DNA of 64,000 nucleotides from Gemmatimonadales bacterium (GTDB taxonomy: Bacteria; Gemmatimonadota; Gemmatimonadetes; Gemmatimonadales; GWC2-71-9): contig JBFXBG010000001.1 of the NCBI GenBank assembly GCA_050183505.1, positions 10,104 through 74,103 of the forward strand. The letters run 5' to 3'. The number at the start of each line of letters is the position of its first letter. Position 1 is the first letter of the stretch. Both the position numbers and the translations under genes were made by a program. Shown one piece after another: positions 8,266-17,167 of this stretch. The notes under the pieces are model-generated. The model was not told the DNA's origin, searched no databases, and saw only the letters and a list, made by a program, of their open reading frames with translations.

Positions 8266-10386
8266 ATGCGTGCCATACGGACGCTCGCCGGCCTGGCCGT
8301 GCTGACGGCCGCCCTCGCCACCGGCGTGGCTGGGCAGGCCGCGCCGGCCGGTGAGTACCCCGGACTCGAAACCGGTAAGATGTGGACCTTCGACGTACCC
8401 CCGCTCGGGTATTGGGCCGAGCGGTACGATTTCCGCCCATCGCAGAACTGGCTGGACCATGTCCGGCTCTCCTCGGTGCGTTTCGGAACCGGATGCTCGG
8501 CGTCGTTCGTCTCGCCCAACGGGCTGGTGATGACCAACCATCACTGCGCCCGGGCCTGCATCGAGTCGTCGACCAGGCCGGGCGAAGATCTGCTGGGAAA
8601 CGGGTTCTATGCCGCGCGTCCGGAGGATGAACGAGCCTGCCAGGGACTCTTCCTCGACCAGCTGCTGGAGATCTCGGACGTCACCGACAGCGTGACCGCC
8701 GGCATCGCGGCCAACGCCGCGGCCGGGGCCGCCGCCGCCCGGCGACAGGAAAATATCCAGCGAATACAGCAGGCCTGTGAACGCATCGCCCCGTCCACCG
8801 CCTGTCAGGTCGTGTCGATGTATCGCGGGGGACAGTACAAGCTGTACCGGTTCCGCCGGTTCACGGACATCCGGCTGGTGTTCGCGGTGGAATCCCAGAC
8901 TGCCTTTTTCGGCGGCGACCCCGACAACTTCACCTATCCCCGGCATGACCTCGATCTGAGCATCGTGCGGGCGTACGTCGACGGGCAGCCGGCCCACACG
9001 GATTACTTCAAGTGGAGCTCCAACGGCGCGAAGGAAGGCGATCTGGTCTTCGTCACCGGCAATCCGGGCTCGACCGGCCGGCTCAATACCGTCGCGCAGC
9101 TGGAGTACCTGCGGGACGTCCAGTACCCGGCGCAGCTGGGGCAGCTGGCCCGCATGATCGGCGTGTATCAGGAGCTCTCCGGACTCAATGAGGAGCGGGC
9201 CAAGGCGCTCCGCAACACCATTTTCAGCCTCCAGAACGCGCAGAAGGCGATCACCGGATACCAGTCCGGACTGACCGATCCCCGGCTCATGGCCCGGAAG
9301 CGGGCCTGGGAGACGGATTTCCGGGAGCGGGTGTTCCGGACCGCGGACCTGCGGCGGAAGTACGGCGATCCCTGGACGGCGATCAGCCGGATCCGGGCCG
9401 AACTCAAGTCGAAGGACGCGGCGCGGCGCTACCACAACTTCAACGCCTGGGGTACCCGGCTCCTTCCGATGGCCGGGGTGCTGGTCCGCTGGCCCGGCGA
9501 GATGGCCAAGCCGGATTCCGCCCGGCTGCCCGCCTTCCGCGACGCCAACCGCGCTTCGCTGGAGCGGATGCTCAACTCGACCACACCGATCGACGCGGAC
9601 GCCGAGTGGCGCATGCTGGCCGCCTACCTGAGCGCCATGAAGGCCGATCTCCCGGCCAACGATCCGGTGCTGAACGCCGCGCTGGCCGGCCGGACGCCGG
9701 AAGAAGCGGCCAGGGCCATGGTGGTGGGCTCCACCATCAAGACGGCCGAAGCGCGCAAGGCGCTGATGGACGGTGGGGCGGAAGCCATGAATGCCTCGAC
9801 CGATCCCTTCCTCCGGCTGGCCCGGGTGATCGATCCGCTGGAGCGCACCGTCTCGGCCAGGATTTCGGAGTTGCAGGACGAGGAGGCGAGCAACGACGAA
9901 AAGGTCGCCCGCCTGCTGCTGGCGGTATTCGGCAACTCGGTCGCGCCGGATGCCACCTTCAGCCTGCGGATCTCCGACGGCGAGGTGAAGCGGTATCCGA
10001 TGAACGGAACCTACGCGCCCGCGTTCACCACCTTCTACGGGCTGTACGACCGGTCCCTTGGCTTCGGGGGCGAGGATCCCTGGAACCTGACCGACCGCTG
10101 GATGGAGCGGCGCAACGCGCTCGATCTCAGCACCCCGCTGGATGCCGTGTCGACCAACGACATCATCGGGGGCAATTCCGGCAGTCCGGTGATCAACCGG
10201 GACGCCGAGGTGGTGGGCCTCATCTTCGACGGCAACATCGAAATGCTGCCGAACCGGTTCCTGTTCAGTGAACGGGTGGCGCGCTCGGTGTGGGTGGATG
10301 CCCGTGCCATTGTTGAGGCGCTGCGCAAGGTGTATGACGCCGGTCCGCTGGCCGACGAGCTGCAGGGTACGACCGGCGGGATGTAG
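8266..10386 (+). CDS. S46 family dipeptidyl peptidase (DPP7/DPP11-like)
   Basis: Signal peptide, GKMW, GCSASFVSPNGLVMTNHHC, FGGDPDNF, DIIGGNSGSPV and LIFDGN motifs. AGGAG RBS. Confidence 0.93.
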   Translation: MRAIRTLAGLAVLTAALATGVAGQAAPAGEYPGLETGKMWTFDVPPLGYWAERYDFRPSQNWLDHVRLSSVRFGTGCSASFVSPNGLVMTNHHCARACIESSTRPGEDLLGNGFYAARPEDERACQGLFLDQLLEISDVTDSVTAGIAANAAAGAAAARRQENIQRIQQACERIAPSTACQVVSMYRGGQYKLYRFRRFTDIRLVFAVESQTAFFGGDPDNFTYPRHDLDLSIVRAYVDGQPAHTDYFKWSSNGAKEGDLVFVTGNPGSTGRLNTVAQLEYLRDVQYPAQLGQLARMIGVYQELSGLNEERAKALRNTIFSLQNAQKAITGYQSGLTDPRLMARKRAWETDFRERVFRTADLRRKYGDPWTAISRIRAELKSKDAARRYHNFNAWGTRLLPMAGVLVRWPGEMAKPDSARLPAFRDANRASLERMLNSTTPIDADAEWRMLAAYLSAMKADLPANDPVLNAALAGRTPEEAARAMVVGSTIKTAEARKALMDGGAEAMNASTDPFLRLARVIDPLERTVSARISELQDEEASNDEKVARLLLAVFGNSVAPDATFSLRISDGEVKRYPMNGTYAPAFTTFYGLYDRSLGFGGEDPWNLTDRWMERRNALDLSTPLDAVSTNDIIGGNSGSPVINRDAEVVGLIFDGNIEMLPNRFLFSERVARSVWVDARAIVEALRKVYDAGPLADELQGTTGGM

Positions 10387-10406
10387 TCCGGCCGATCATG
10401 GAGGCA

Positions 10407-10451
10407 GGAGGAGCGTGGGACCCCCGCCGGACGGGGTTCCACGCTCCTTCC
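10407..10451. terminator. Strong intergenic hairpin (terminator or stabiliser)
   Basis: GGAGCGTGGGACCCC...GGGGTTCCACGCTCC inverted repeat. Confidence 0.5.
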
Positions 10452-10506
10452 GTCTGCCGGTCATTATCTTTGTTCCAGTCCCTTCGTCCCTGCGAGGTCA
10501 TTTCCC

Positions 10507-11925
10507 ATGCGCCGACTGCTTGTGTCATTCCTGCTGGCCGCGGCCGTGGCCTGCGCCGTGAATCCGGTCACCGGCAGGCGGGAGCTGTCGCTGGTCTCCG
10601 AGTCGCAGGAAATCGAGATGGGCCGCCAGGGCGCGGCCGACGTGGTGCAGTCGATCGGCGCCTATCCGGACTCCGCGGCCCAGGCGCTGGTGACCCGGGT
10701 GGGAATGAAGCTGGCCGCGCTCTCCGAGCGGCCCGATCTGCCCTGGACGTTCACCGTGGTCGATGATCCGGCGATCAACGCCTTTGCGCTGCCGGGCGGG
10801 TTCATCTTCGTCACCCGCGGCATCATGACCCACTTCAATTCCGAGGGTGAGCTGGCGGCGGTGCTGGGACACGAGATCGGGCATGTGACCGCCCGGCACT
10901 CGGTGCGGCAGATCAGCCGGGCCCAGGTGGCGCAGCTGGGGCTCGGCATCGGGATGATTCTCTCGGAGGACATCGCGAAGTTCGGCGGGCTGGCCAGCCA
11001 GGGGCTGGGGCTGGTCTTTCTCAAGTTCAGCCGGGACGATGAGTCCCAGGCCGACCGGCTGGGTTTCAAGTATGCGCTGCAGGCAGGCTATGACGTCCGG
11101 GCCATGGCGGATGTATTTCAGATGCTCGAACGGGTGAGTGCCCAGGCCGGCAGCCAGGGGAAGCTGCCGGAGTGGCTCTCGACCCACCCCGATCCGGAGA
11201 ACCGGTTCGCCCGCACCCGGCAGTGGCTGGATACCCTGCATACCGACCTCTCCCGGGCTACGCTCAATCACGACGGCTACCTGCAGACCGTGAACGGGAT
11301 GGTCTACGGGGTGAATCCGCGGCAGGGGTTCTTCCGGGGCGAACTGTTCCTGCACCCTGACCTCAAGTTCCAGCTGCAATTCCCTCGGGGATGGAACACG
11401 CAGAACCAGGCGCAGGCCGTGCTGGGCGTGAGTCCGGGCCAGGATGCCATCGTCGAGCTGTCTCTGGCCGGGCAGGTCACCCCGGCGCAGGCCAGCACCC
11501 AGTTCCTCTCCCAGCAGGGCATTCGGGCGGGGCAGAGTTCCCAGAACCCCATCAACGGCAACCCCGCCGTGACGACCGCCTTCGAGGCGCAGTCCGATCA
11601 GACCGCGCTGCGGGGTCTGGTCGCATTCGTTTCCTACGACGGGTCCACCTACCGGATCCTGGGCTATACCGCGGCGGACCGGATCGCCACGTACAACAAC
11701 GATTTCCTGGGCAGCGTGTCGAGCTTCCGGCGGCTCACCGACCAGTCGGCGTTGTCGGTAGTGCCCAACCGGATCGAAACGGTGCGGGTACCGCGGGCGA
11801 TGACCCTGGAGCAGTTCTATGCCCGGTATCCCTCCACCGTGCCGGTGGAACAGATCGCGCTCATCAACGCGCTGCAGGCGGGAGACACGATTCCCTCGGG
11901 CAGACTGGTGAAGCGGGTGAGATAG
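10507..11925 (+). CDS. M48 family metalloprotease lipoprotein (BepA/YfgC-like) with C-terminal extension
   Basis: Lipobox VAC, NAFALPGG, HEIGH zinc motif, FSRDDESQAD, LSTHP. Confidence 0.9.
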   Translation: MRRLLVSFLLAAAVACAVNPVTGRRELSLVSESQEIEMGRQGAADVVQSIGAYPDSAAQALVTRVGMKLAALSERPDLPWTFTVVDDPAINAFALPGGFIFVTRGIMTHFNSEGELAAVLGHEIGHVTARHSVRQISRAQVAQLGLGIGMILSEDIAKFGGLASQGLGLVFLKFSRDDESQADRLGFKYALQAGYDVRAMADVFQMLERVSAQAGSQGKLPEWLSTHPDPENRFARTRQWLDTLHTDLSRATLNHDGYLQTVNGMVYGVNPRQGFFRGELFLHPDLKFQLQFPRGWNTQNQAQAVLGVSPGQDAIVELSLAGQVTPAQASTQFLSQQGIRAGQSSQNPINGNPAVTTAFEAQSDQTALRGLVAFVSYDGSTYRILGYTAADRIATYNNDFLGSVSSFRRLTDQSALSVVPNRIETVRVPRAMTLEQFYARYPSTVPVEQIALINALQAGDTIPSGRLVKRVR

Positions 11926-11966
11926 GGCGGAACGGCGGAAGGACGGAAAGGCGGTAGGCAGGAAGG
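11926..11966. repeat. Degenerate octamer repeat (GGCGGAAN)n
   Basis: ggcggaacggcggaaggacggaaaggcggtaggcaggaagg. Confidence 0.55.
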
Positions 11967-12368
11967 ATGGGGCTTGGCGTCGGAGGCAACCTTCGTCTGC
12001 TGGTCACCGGCCTGGTGGTCCCGCCACTGGTCCGCCTGGTCCCGCTGGACCGTCTGGCAGACCGCCTGGGCCGACGGAGAAGGGTCTACGGCGACGCCTG
12101 GCATCCGCTGGTGGCGCACCGGGTGGATTCCCTGCTGGGCCGGTTGCCGCCTCCCTGGCGGCGGACCTGCCTCACCCGCTCGACGGTACTGTACCACCTG
12201 CTGGGCCGGCCCGGTGGCGGGGTGGAACTCTGTATCGGTGTCCGGCAGGAGGAGGGCGGGATGGCGGCCCATGCCTGGCTTGAACGGAACGGGGAACCGT
12301 ATCTGGAAGCCGCGCCGGATGAGTGCCGGTCGTACGAAGTGATCGCGAGATTCTCGAAGGGCAGGTAA
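11967..12368 (+). CDS. Lasso-peptide B2-like transglutaminase-fold cysteine peptidase (Transglut_core3)
   Basis: TCLTRS (Cys), IGVR and AHAWLE (His/acid) motifs; 133 aa. Confidence 0.75.
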   Translation: MGLGVGGNLRLLVTGLVVPPLVRLVPLDRLADRLGRRRRVYGDAWHPLVAHRVDSLLGRLPPPWRRTCLTRSTVLYHLLGRPGGGVELCIGVRQEEGGMAAHAWLERNGEPYLEAAPDECRSYEVIARFSKGR

Positions 12369-12372
12369 GGCT

Positions 12373-12436
12373 GTCCTCGGTCCTCAGTCCTCAGTCCTCA
12401 GTCGTCAGTCCTCAGTCCTCAGTCCTCAGTCCTCAA
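12373..12436. repeat. Heptamer microsatellite (GTCCTCA) about x9
   Basis: Read directly. It overlaps the UDG stop and reads (TGAGGAC)n on the minus strand. Confidence 0.9.
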
Positions 12437-13130
12437 CACCCAGTCCTGCCAGTATCTGTTTCGCTTTCCGGAAGATCCCGTCCCACATTCCGCGCGTGAG
12501 TTTCCCGGTATTGGTATTCTGCCGGCTCGGGTGAAAGGAACAGATGAGCATTCTGCGGTCGGGGAGCTCATGAGCCAGGCCGTGGCCGAAGCGGGGACGG
12601 TCGCGCGGAGCGAGGCGGTTCCACCAGCCGGCGGCCTTGAGGTAGTTCTCCCACGCCACTCTGCCCAGCACGATCGTCACTCGATGTCGCGTCAGTGTGG
12701 CCAGCTCGGCTTCGAGCCAGGGGCGGCAGTTGGCGAGCTCCCGGGCGGTGGGCTTGTTGGCCGGCGGGGCGCAGCGAGCCGCGGCCGAGATGTAGCAGTC
12801 CCGCAAGGTGAGCCCGTCATCCCGGGACCGGGAGTCTGCCTGGCTGGCGAAGCCGGCTCGATGCAGGGCCGAGTAGAGCCAGTTCCCGCTGGAGTCTCCG
12901 GTGAACATGCGGCCGGTGCGGTTGGCCCCGTGAGCGGCGGGGGCCAGGCCGACGATGATGAGCCTTGCCCGTGGGTCACCGAAGCCGGGGACGGGCTTCC
13001 CCCAGTAGGTCCAGTCCCGGAACTCCCGTTTCTTCTCCCGGGCCACTGTGCTGCACCAGGCGCGGAGCCTGGGGCAGCGGGTGCAGCGGGGGATGCGGGT
13101 TTCGACTTCGGCGACGGAGGAATCGGGCAC
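12426..13130 (-). CDS. udgB: Uracil-DNA glycosylase family 5 (UdgB type, 4Fe-4S)
   Basis: CTRC, GLAPAAHGANRTGRMFTGD, RCAPPANKP and FHPSRQNTNTG motifs. Start (GTG 13130) is approximate. Confidence 0.88.
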   Translation of the reverse strand: MPDSSVAEVETRIPRCTRCPRLRAWCSTVAREKKREFRDWTYWGKPVPGFGDPRARLIIVGLAPAAHGANRTGRMFTGDSSGNWLYSALHRAGFASQADSRSRDDGLTLRDCYISAAARCAPPANKPTARELANCRPWLEAELATLTRHRVTIVLGRVAWENYLKAAGWWNRLAPRDRPRFGHGLAHELPDRRMLICSFHPSRQNTNTGKLTRGMWDGIFRKAKQILAGLGVED

Positions 13131-13278
13131 GAGGGGATAGTACCCGTTGCTGGCGCGGAGGTCCAGAATAGGTGGAGATCTCCTTCTCACTGCCAACTCC
13201 CCGCTGTCACCGTATTCCAGTTCTCACCCACATTCTATCAACCGAAGCTACGCAAAGGTCGGATCACACTCGTGACAC

Positions 13279-13307
13279 ACCCCTGTTCCTGTCACCGGAA
13301 CAGGGGT
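13279..13307. other. 11-bp inverted repeat upstream of the 125-bp array
   Basis: ACCCCTGTTCC-N7-GGAACAGGGGT, followed by CATAAT at 13313-13318. Confidence 0.6.
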
Positions 13308-13330
13308 CGCGTCATAATCCGCTCCTATGC

Positions 13331-13693
13331 CCCGGCCGACCCTCATCCACCCGCCGCGTCTTCCGCTTGCCTGAAACCCATCAGGATGACCTGCCCCGGT
13401 TCCTACCCTCACCCCAACCCCTCTCCACTTCGTGGAGAGGGGCCGTAGCCGCGCGTCCGGCCGCCCCTCACACCACCCGCCGCGTCTTCCGTTGCATGAA
13501 CCCCACCAGGATGGCCTGCCCCGGTTCCTACCCTCACCCCAGCCCCTCTCCAATTCGTGGAGAGGGGCCGTAGTCGCCCATCCGGCCACCCCTCACCCCG
13601 CCCGCCGCGTGTTCCGTTTCCTGAAACCCATCAGGATGGCCCGCCCCGGTTCCTACCTTCACCCCAACCCCTCTCCACTTCGTGGAGAGGGGC
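13331..13693 (+). repeat. Three tandem 125-bp units, each a diverged copy of the VWA gene 3' end plus a REP-like hairpin
   Basis: Units start at about 13332, 13457 and 13582. The first 66 nt match 14306-14371 (8 and 10 mismatches for units 2 and 3; unit 1 has compensating indels). The rest is GGTTCCTA-CCCTCACCCCAACCCCTCTCCACTTCGTGGAGAGGGG. Confidence 0.92.
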
Positions 13694-13774
13694 GTTCTGT
13701 CTGGCGCGGGTTTTTCTGCTCCTGATCGCGCTCGATCGGTCCATGCCCTGAAGAGGCCGGTGATAGTATGGGTC

Positions 13775-14170
13775 ATGGACCGTCTCTACCGCCGGCCCCG
13801 CGCACTCAAGGTCGATCTTGCCAGGCAGCTCCGGGAGGCGGCTACCCCGGCTGAGCGTGCCGTCTGGGAGCTCGTGCGCAATCGACAGATGCTCGGCTTC
13901 AAGTTCCGCCGCCAGCACCCCATCGGCGGCTTCCTGGTGGACTTCTACTGCCACGAACTCCGGCTGGTCCTGGAAATTGACGGAGCGGTGCATGCAGAGC
14001 CGGGGCGCGCGGATCTGGATCGGGCCCGCTCGGAGTGGCTTGCCGCGAGAGGGTTCCGGATCCTCCGATTGGCGAACGGTGAGGTGAACCGGGCGAATCT
14101 CCTCACCATGCTTGGAAACCTACTGAATCAGACCCCCTCTCCACGCAGTGGAGAGGGGGGAGGGGGGTGA
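13775..14170 (+). CDS. DUF559 / Vsr-like PD-(D/E)xK endonuclease domain protein
   Basis: ARQLR..ATPAE..W, GFKFRRQHPIGGFLVDFYC, LVLEIDGAVH, D..R..WL...GFRILR motifs. The C-terminal PSPRSGEG is encoded by the right-hand hairpin. Confidence 0.9.
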   Translation: MDRLYRRPRALKVDLARQLREAATPAERAVWELVRNRQMLGFKFRRQHPIGGFLVDFYCHELRLVLEIDGAVHAEPGRADLDRARSEWLAARGFRILRLANGEVNRANLLTMLGNLLNQTPSPRSGEGGGG

Positions 14171-14202
14171 GGGTGAGGTGGAGAGGGGGCAGGGGGTGAG
14201 GG
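14133..14202 (-). repeat. Inverted REP-like copy plus a half copy, right of DUF559
   Basis: CCCCCTCTCCAC-GCA-GTGGAGAGGGGG...GGGGTGAGGG is the reverse complement of the hairpin in the left array. A second GTGGAGAGGGGGCAGGGGGTGAGGG half follows. Confidence 0.85.
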
Positions 14203-14230
14203 TCAGGTGCACCGGGGGCAGGGCCGTCGC

Positions 14231-14310
14231 TGTCCGTCCCGGCCCGTCCCGGCCCGTCCCGGTCGTCGCCGTCTGTCCCGGCCGTCCTGGCCGTCCCGGC
14301 CCGTCCCGGC
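14231..14310. repeat. GC-rich 9-10-mer tandem repeat (CCGTCCCGGC)n
   Basis: Read directly, just after the VWA stop. Confidence 0.75.
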
Positions 14311-14316
14311 CGCCCC

Positions 14317-15603
14317 TCACCCCACCCGCCGCGTCTTCCGCTTCATGAAGTCCATCAGGATGAACTGCCCCAGCGTCATCGTGTTCGTGAAATACGCCTT
14401 CCCGCGGCAGATCTGCTCCACCTTCTTCACGAACTCGACCAGGCTGCGGTCCCGCGCCAGCATGAACGTGTTGATCATGATGCCAGCCCGGCGGCAGTTG
14501 GCGACTTCCCGGAAGGTCTCCTTCAATATGAACGGATCGAGTCCCATCGAGTTCACGTAGACCCTCCCGGCCGGCATGGTGAGCGCCGAGGGCTTGCCGT
14601 CGGTGATCATGATGATCTGCTTCATGTCCTTCTTCTGTCCCGCCAGGATCCGCCGGGCCAGCTTGAGGCCCTCCGCGGTATTGGTGTGATAGGGGCCCAC
14701 CTGGGCCCGGGCCAGCGCGGCGAGCGGGATTTCCTCCGCCGAGTCGTGGAAGAGAACCACCTTGAGGGTATCGCCGGGGTACTGGGTCCGGATGAGGTGG
14801 GTGAGGGCCAGGGCCACCTTCTTGGCCGGAGTGAAGCGATCCTCGCCGTAGAGGATCATCGAGTGGGAGCAGTCCAGCATGAGCACGGTGGCCGCGCTGG
14901 AGCGATACTCGCTCTGGCTCACCATGAGGTCGCCGTACTCCAGATTGATCGGCACGCCGAGCCCCTCGCGGGCGATCGCCCGGCTCAGAGTGGCCGGGAC
15001 ATCGAGGTTGAGCGTGTCGCCGAACTCGTACGGCTTGCTCTCGGCTTCGGTCTCGACGCTGGTGGCCAGGTGGCTGGTCTCGTGTGCGCCGATGCTGGAC
15101 TTGCCGATCGACCCCAGCAGGTTGCGCAGCGTCTTGTAGCCCAGGAAATCGATGCCCTTCTCGGTCAGGTTGAACTCCACCTGCTGCGCGGCCGCGCGCG
15201 CCTCGCCGCCCGGTCCGGTCATCGGCTGATACCCCGCCGGCATCTGGGGCGACTGATCGACGTTCAGGTATCCTTCTTCCACCAGCCGCTGCACGACCCG
15301 GTCGATCAGCTCGGCCAGGTCCCGCTGGATCTGTTTGTCCCGCTCAGGATCCCCGGTGGACTCTCCCCGCAGCGCCTGAAGCATCTCCTGGGTCAGCTGC
15401 CCGGAGTCCTTGAGGGCCTGGATGATGGCCTGCTTGAGTGCGTCCAGCGAGCGGTCTTCACCGGGATCGTCCCCGAAGTAGGGGAACCCGCCACCGTTGA
15501 ATCCCGACTGCAGCAGGAAATCGGCCAGCTGATCCAGCAGCGCCTGCAGGTTCACGGCATCGGCGAGGCCGGGAACGAATCGGGAGTAGGTGGTGAAACG
15601 CAT
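14317..15603 (-). CDS. VWA domain-containing protein (partner of ChlI/MoxR-like AAA+ ATPase)
   Basis: [26 protein letters not shown] and YEFGD motifs. Confidence 0.9.
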   Translation of the reverse strand: MRFTTYSRFVPGLADAVNLQALLDQLADFLLQSGFNGGGFPYFGDDPGEDRSLDALKQAIIQALKDSGQLTQEMLQALRGESTGDPERDKQIQRDLAELIDRVVQRLVEEGYLNVDQSPQMPAGYQPMTGPGGEARAAAQQVEFNLTEKGIDFLGYKTLRNLLGSIGKSSIGAHETSHLATSVETEAESKPYEFGDTLNLDVPATLSRAIAREGLGVPINLEYGDLMVSQSEYRSSAATVLMLDCSHSMILYGEDRFTPAKKVALALTHLIRTQYPGDTLKVVLFHDSAEEIPLAALARAQVGPYHTNTAEGLKLARRILAGQKKDMKQIIMITDGKPSALTMPAGRVYVNSMGLDPFILKETFREVANCRRAGIMINTFMLARDRSLVEFVKKVEQICRGKAYFTNTMTLGQFILMDFMKRKTRRVG

Positions 15604-15604
15604 G

Positions 15605-15832
15605 GGAGCCGGGATTGGGAAACGGGAAACAGGAAACGGGGGTCAGGGATCAGGGGTTGGGAGTCGGGATCAGGCCGGGAGCGTGGGAACGCGGGCCGGC
15701 GCTGATTCGCAGCTTGACTGATAGTACCCCGCCGGGCGACCAACGGTCAACGAAGCCGGGTACAGACGCCGGCCCCGCCCGCCGGTCCCTGCTGCCTGCC
15801 CCTGGTTCCTGTTTCCTGATCCCCGACCCCTG
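15605..15832. repeat. Inverted degenerate heptamer repeats flanking a divergent promoter region
   Basis: gggaaacgggaaacaggaaacgggggtcagggatcagggg (15605-15672) versus cctggttcctgtttcctgatccccgacccctg (15788-15832). Confidence 0.6.
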
Positions 15833-15845
15833 TTACCTTCTGCAC

Positions 15846-17159
15846 GTGCCTCCCGCCGCTCCTGCCCGCTTCGGCGCTCTCCAGCACCGCAACTTCCGGC
15901 TGTTCATCATCGGCCAGGCCATCTCGCTTTCCGGCACCTGGATCCAGAACGTGGCCCAGGGGTGGCTGGTGCTGCAGCTCTCCAATTCCGCGTTTCTGGT
16001 CGGACTGGTGAGCACGCTGGGGTCGCTGCCGGTGCTGCTGTTCACCCTCTACGGCGGCGTGGTGGCGGACCGGGTGAACCGGCACCGGTTCATCACCATC
16101 CTCCAGGCGCTCATGCTGCTGGACGCGCTGGCCCTGGCGTTTCTCACCCAGTTCGGGGTGATCACCGTGGCCTGGGTGGGCGCCCTGGCGGTGGTGCTGG
16201 GCGTGCTGATGGCCTTCGAGGTGCCGGCCCGGCAGGCGTTCGTGATCGAACTGGTGGGCCGGGACGATCTGATGAATGCCATCGCGCTCAATTCGTCGAT
16301 CTTCAACGTGAGCCGGATGGTGGGGCCGGCCATCGCCGGCGTGCTCATCGGCGCCGCCGGGATCGCGGTGTGCTTCTTCGTCAACTCGGCGAGCTATGTG
16401 GCGGTGGTGATCGGGCTGCTGCTGATCCGGCTGCCGAAGGCGGATGAGCGGCGGGCAGCCCGGGCACCGCGGGCGTTCTGGGAAGGCTTCTCGCACGTAC
16501 TGTCGGATCCCTGGTCCCGGGCCCTGGTGGTCCTGACCGCCACCTTCAGCATTTTCGGGTTCGCCTTCATGCCGATGCTCCCGGTGTTTGCCCGGGAGGT
16601 GCTCAAGGTCCAGGCCGCGGGATATGGCGGGCTGGTGTCGGCGGTCGGCGTGGGGGCAACCGCCGCGGCACTGTTCCTGGCGGCGTTCGGCCACCGGGTG
16701 CCGCGCCGCCGAACGGTACTGGGCGGCGGGCTGCTGCTCGGCGCGGGGCTGGTGGCGAGTGCCTTCACCCGCTCCTACCTGGTCGCCATGGCGATCTTCA
16801 CGGTGGTCGGCGCGGCCATGGTGCTCAACAACGTGCTGACCAATACCCTGCTGCAGACCTACGCCCCGGATCATCTGCGCGGCCGCATCATGGGGGTCTA
16901 TTCCTTCCTGATCCTCGGCATGATGCCGTTCGGGTCGCTGCAGGCCGGGTTCGTCGCCGAACACCTGGGCGTGCAGGTCGCCATCGGTGCCGGCGGAGGG
17001 ATCTGCCTGCTGGTGCTGGCCTGGGTCACCTGGCGGCTGGCCTTGACCCGGCGCCGCACGGCGCGGAGTATTGCCGAAGCGGCGGTCGCGGTGCCTACCC
17101 CGGGGCCTCCGGCACCGGCGCCGCCGGATACGGGTCCGGGCCCGACCTCACTCGATTGA
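15846..17159 (+). CDS. MFS transporter (DHA3/EntS-like)
   Basis: ALQHRNFRLF, GGVVADRVNR, PARQAF and LRGRIMG motifs; about 12 TM. GTG start at 15846. Confidence 0.9.
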   Translation: MPPAAPARFGALQHRNFRLFIIGQAISLSGTWIQNVAQGWLVLQLSNSAFLVGLVSTLGSLPVLLFTLYGGVVADRVNRHRFITILQALMLLDALALAFLTQFGVITVAWVGALAVVLGVLMAFEVPARQAFVIELVGRDDLMNAIALNSSIFNVSRMVGPAIAGVLIGAAGIAVCFFVNSASYVAVVIGLLLIRLPKADERRAARAPRAFWEGFSHVLSDPWSRALVVLTATFSIFGFAFMPMLPVFAREVLKVQAAGYGGLVSAVGVGATAAALFLAAFGHRVPRRRTVLGGGLLLGAGLVASAFTRSYLVAMAIFTVVGAAMVLNNVLTNTLLQTYAPDHLRGRIMGVYSFLILGMMPFGSLQAGFVAEHLGVQVAIGAGGGICLLVLAWVTWRLALTRRRTARSIAEAAVAVPTPGPPAPAPPDTGPGPTSLD

Positions 17160-17167
17160 GCTGAATC

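Noticed and set aside
13331-13693. Canonical CRISPR array
   Set aside because: The period is 125 bp, the variable parts are homologous to each other and to the adjacent gene, and no cas genes are in the window.
13172-13776. Several short ORFs over the array (PHPNPSPLRGEG repeats)
   Set aside because: These are translations of the hairpin repeat, with no RBS or family motif.
13331-14371. Diversity-generating retroelement TR/VR pair
   Set aside because: Mismatches are not confined to adenines on either strand, and no reverse transcriptase is present.
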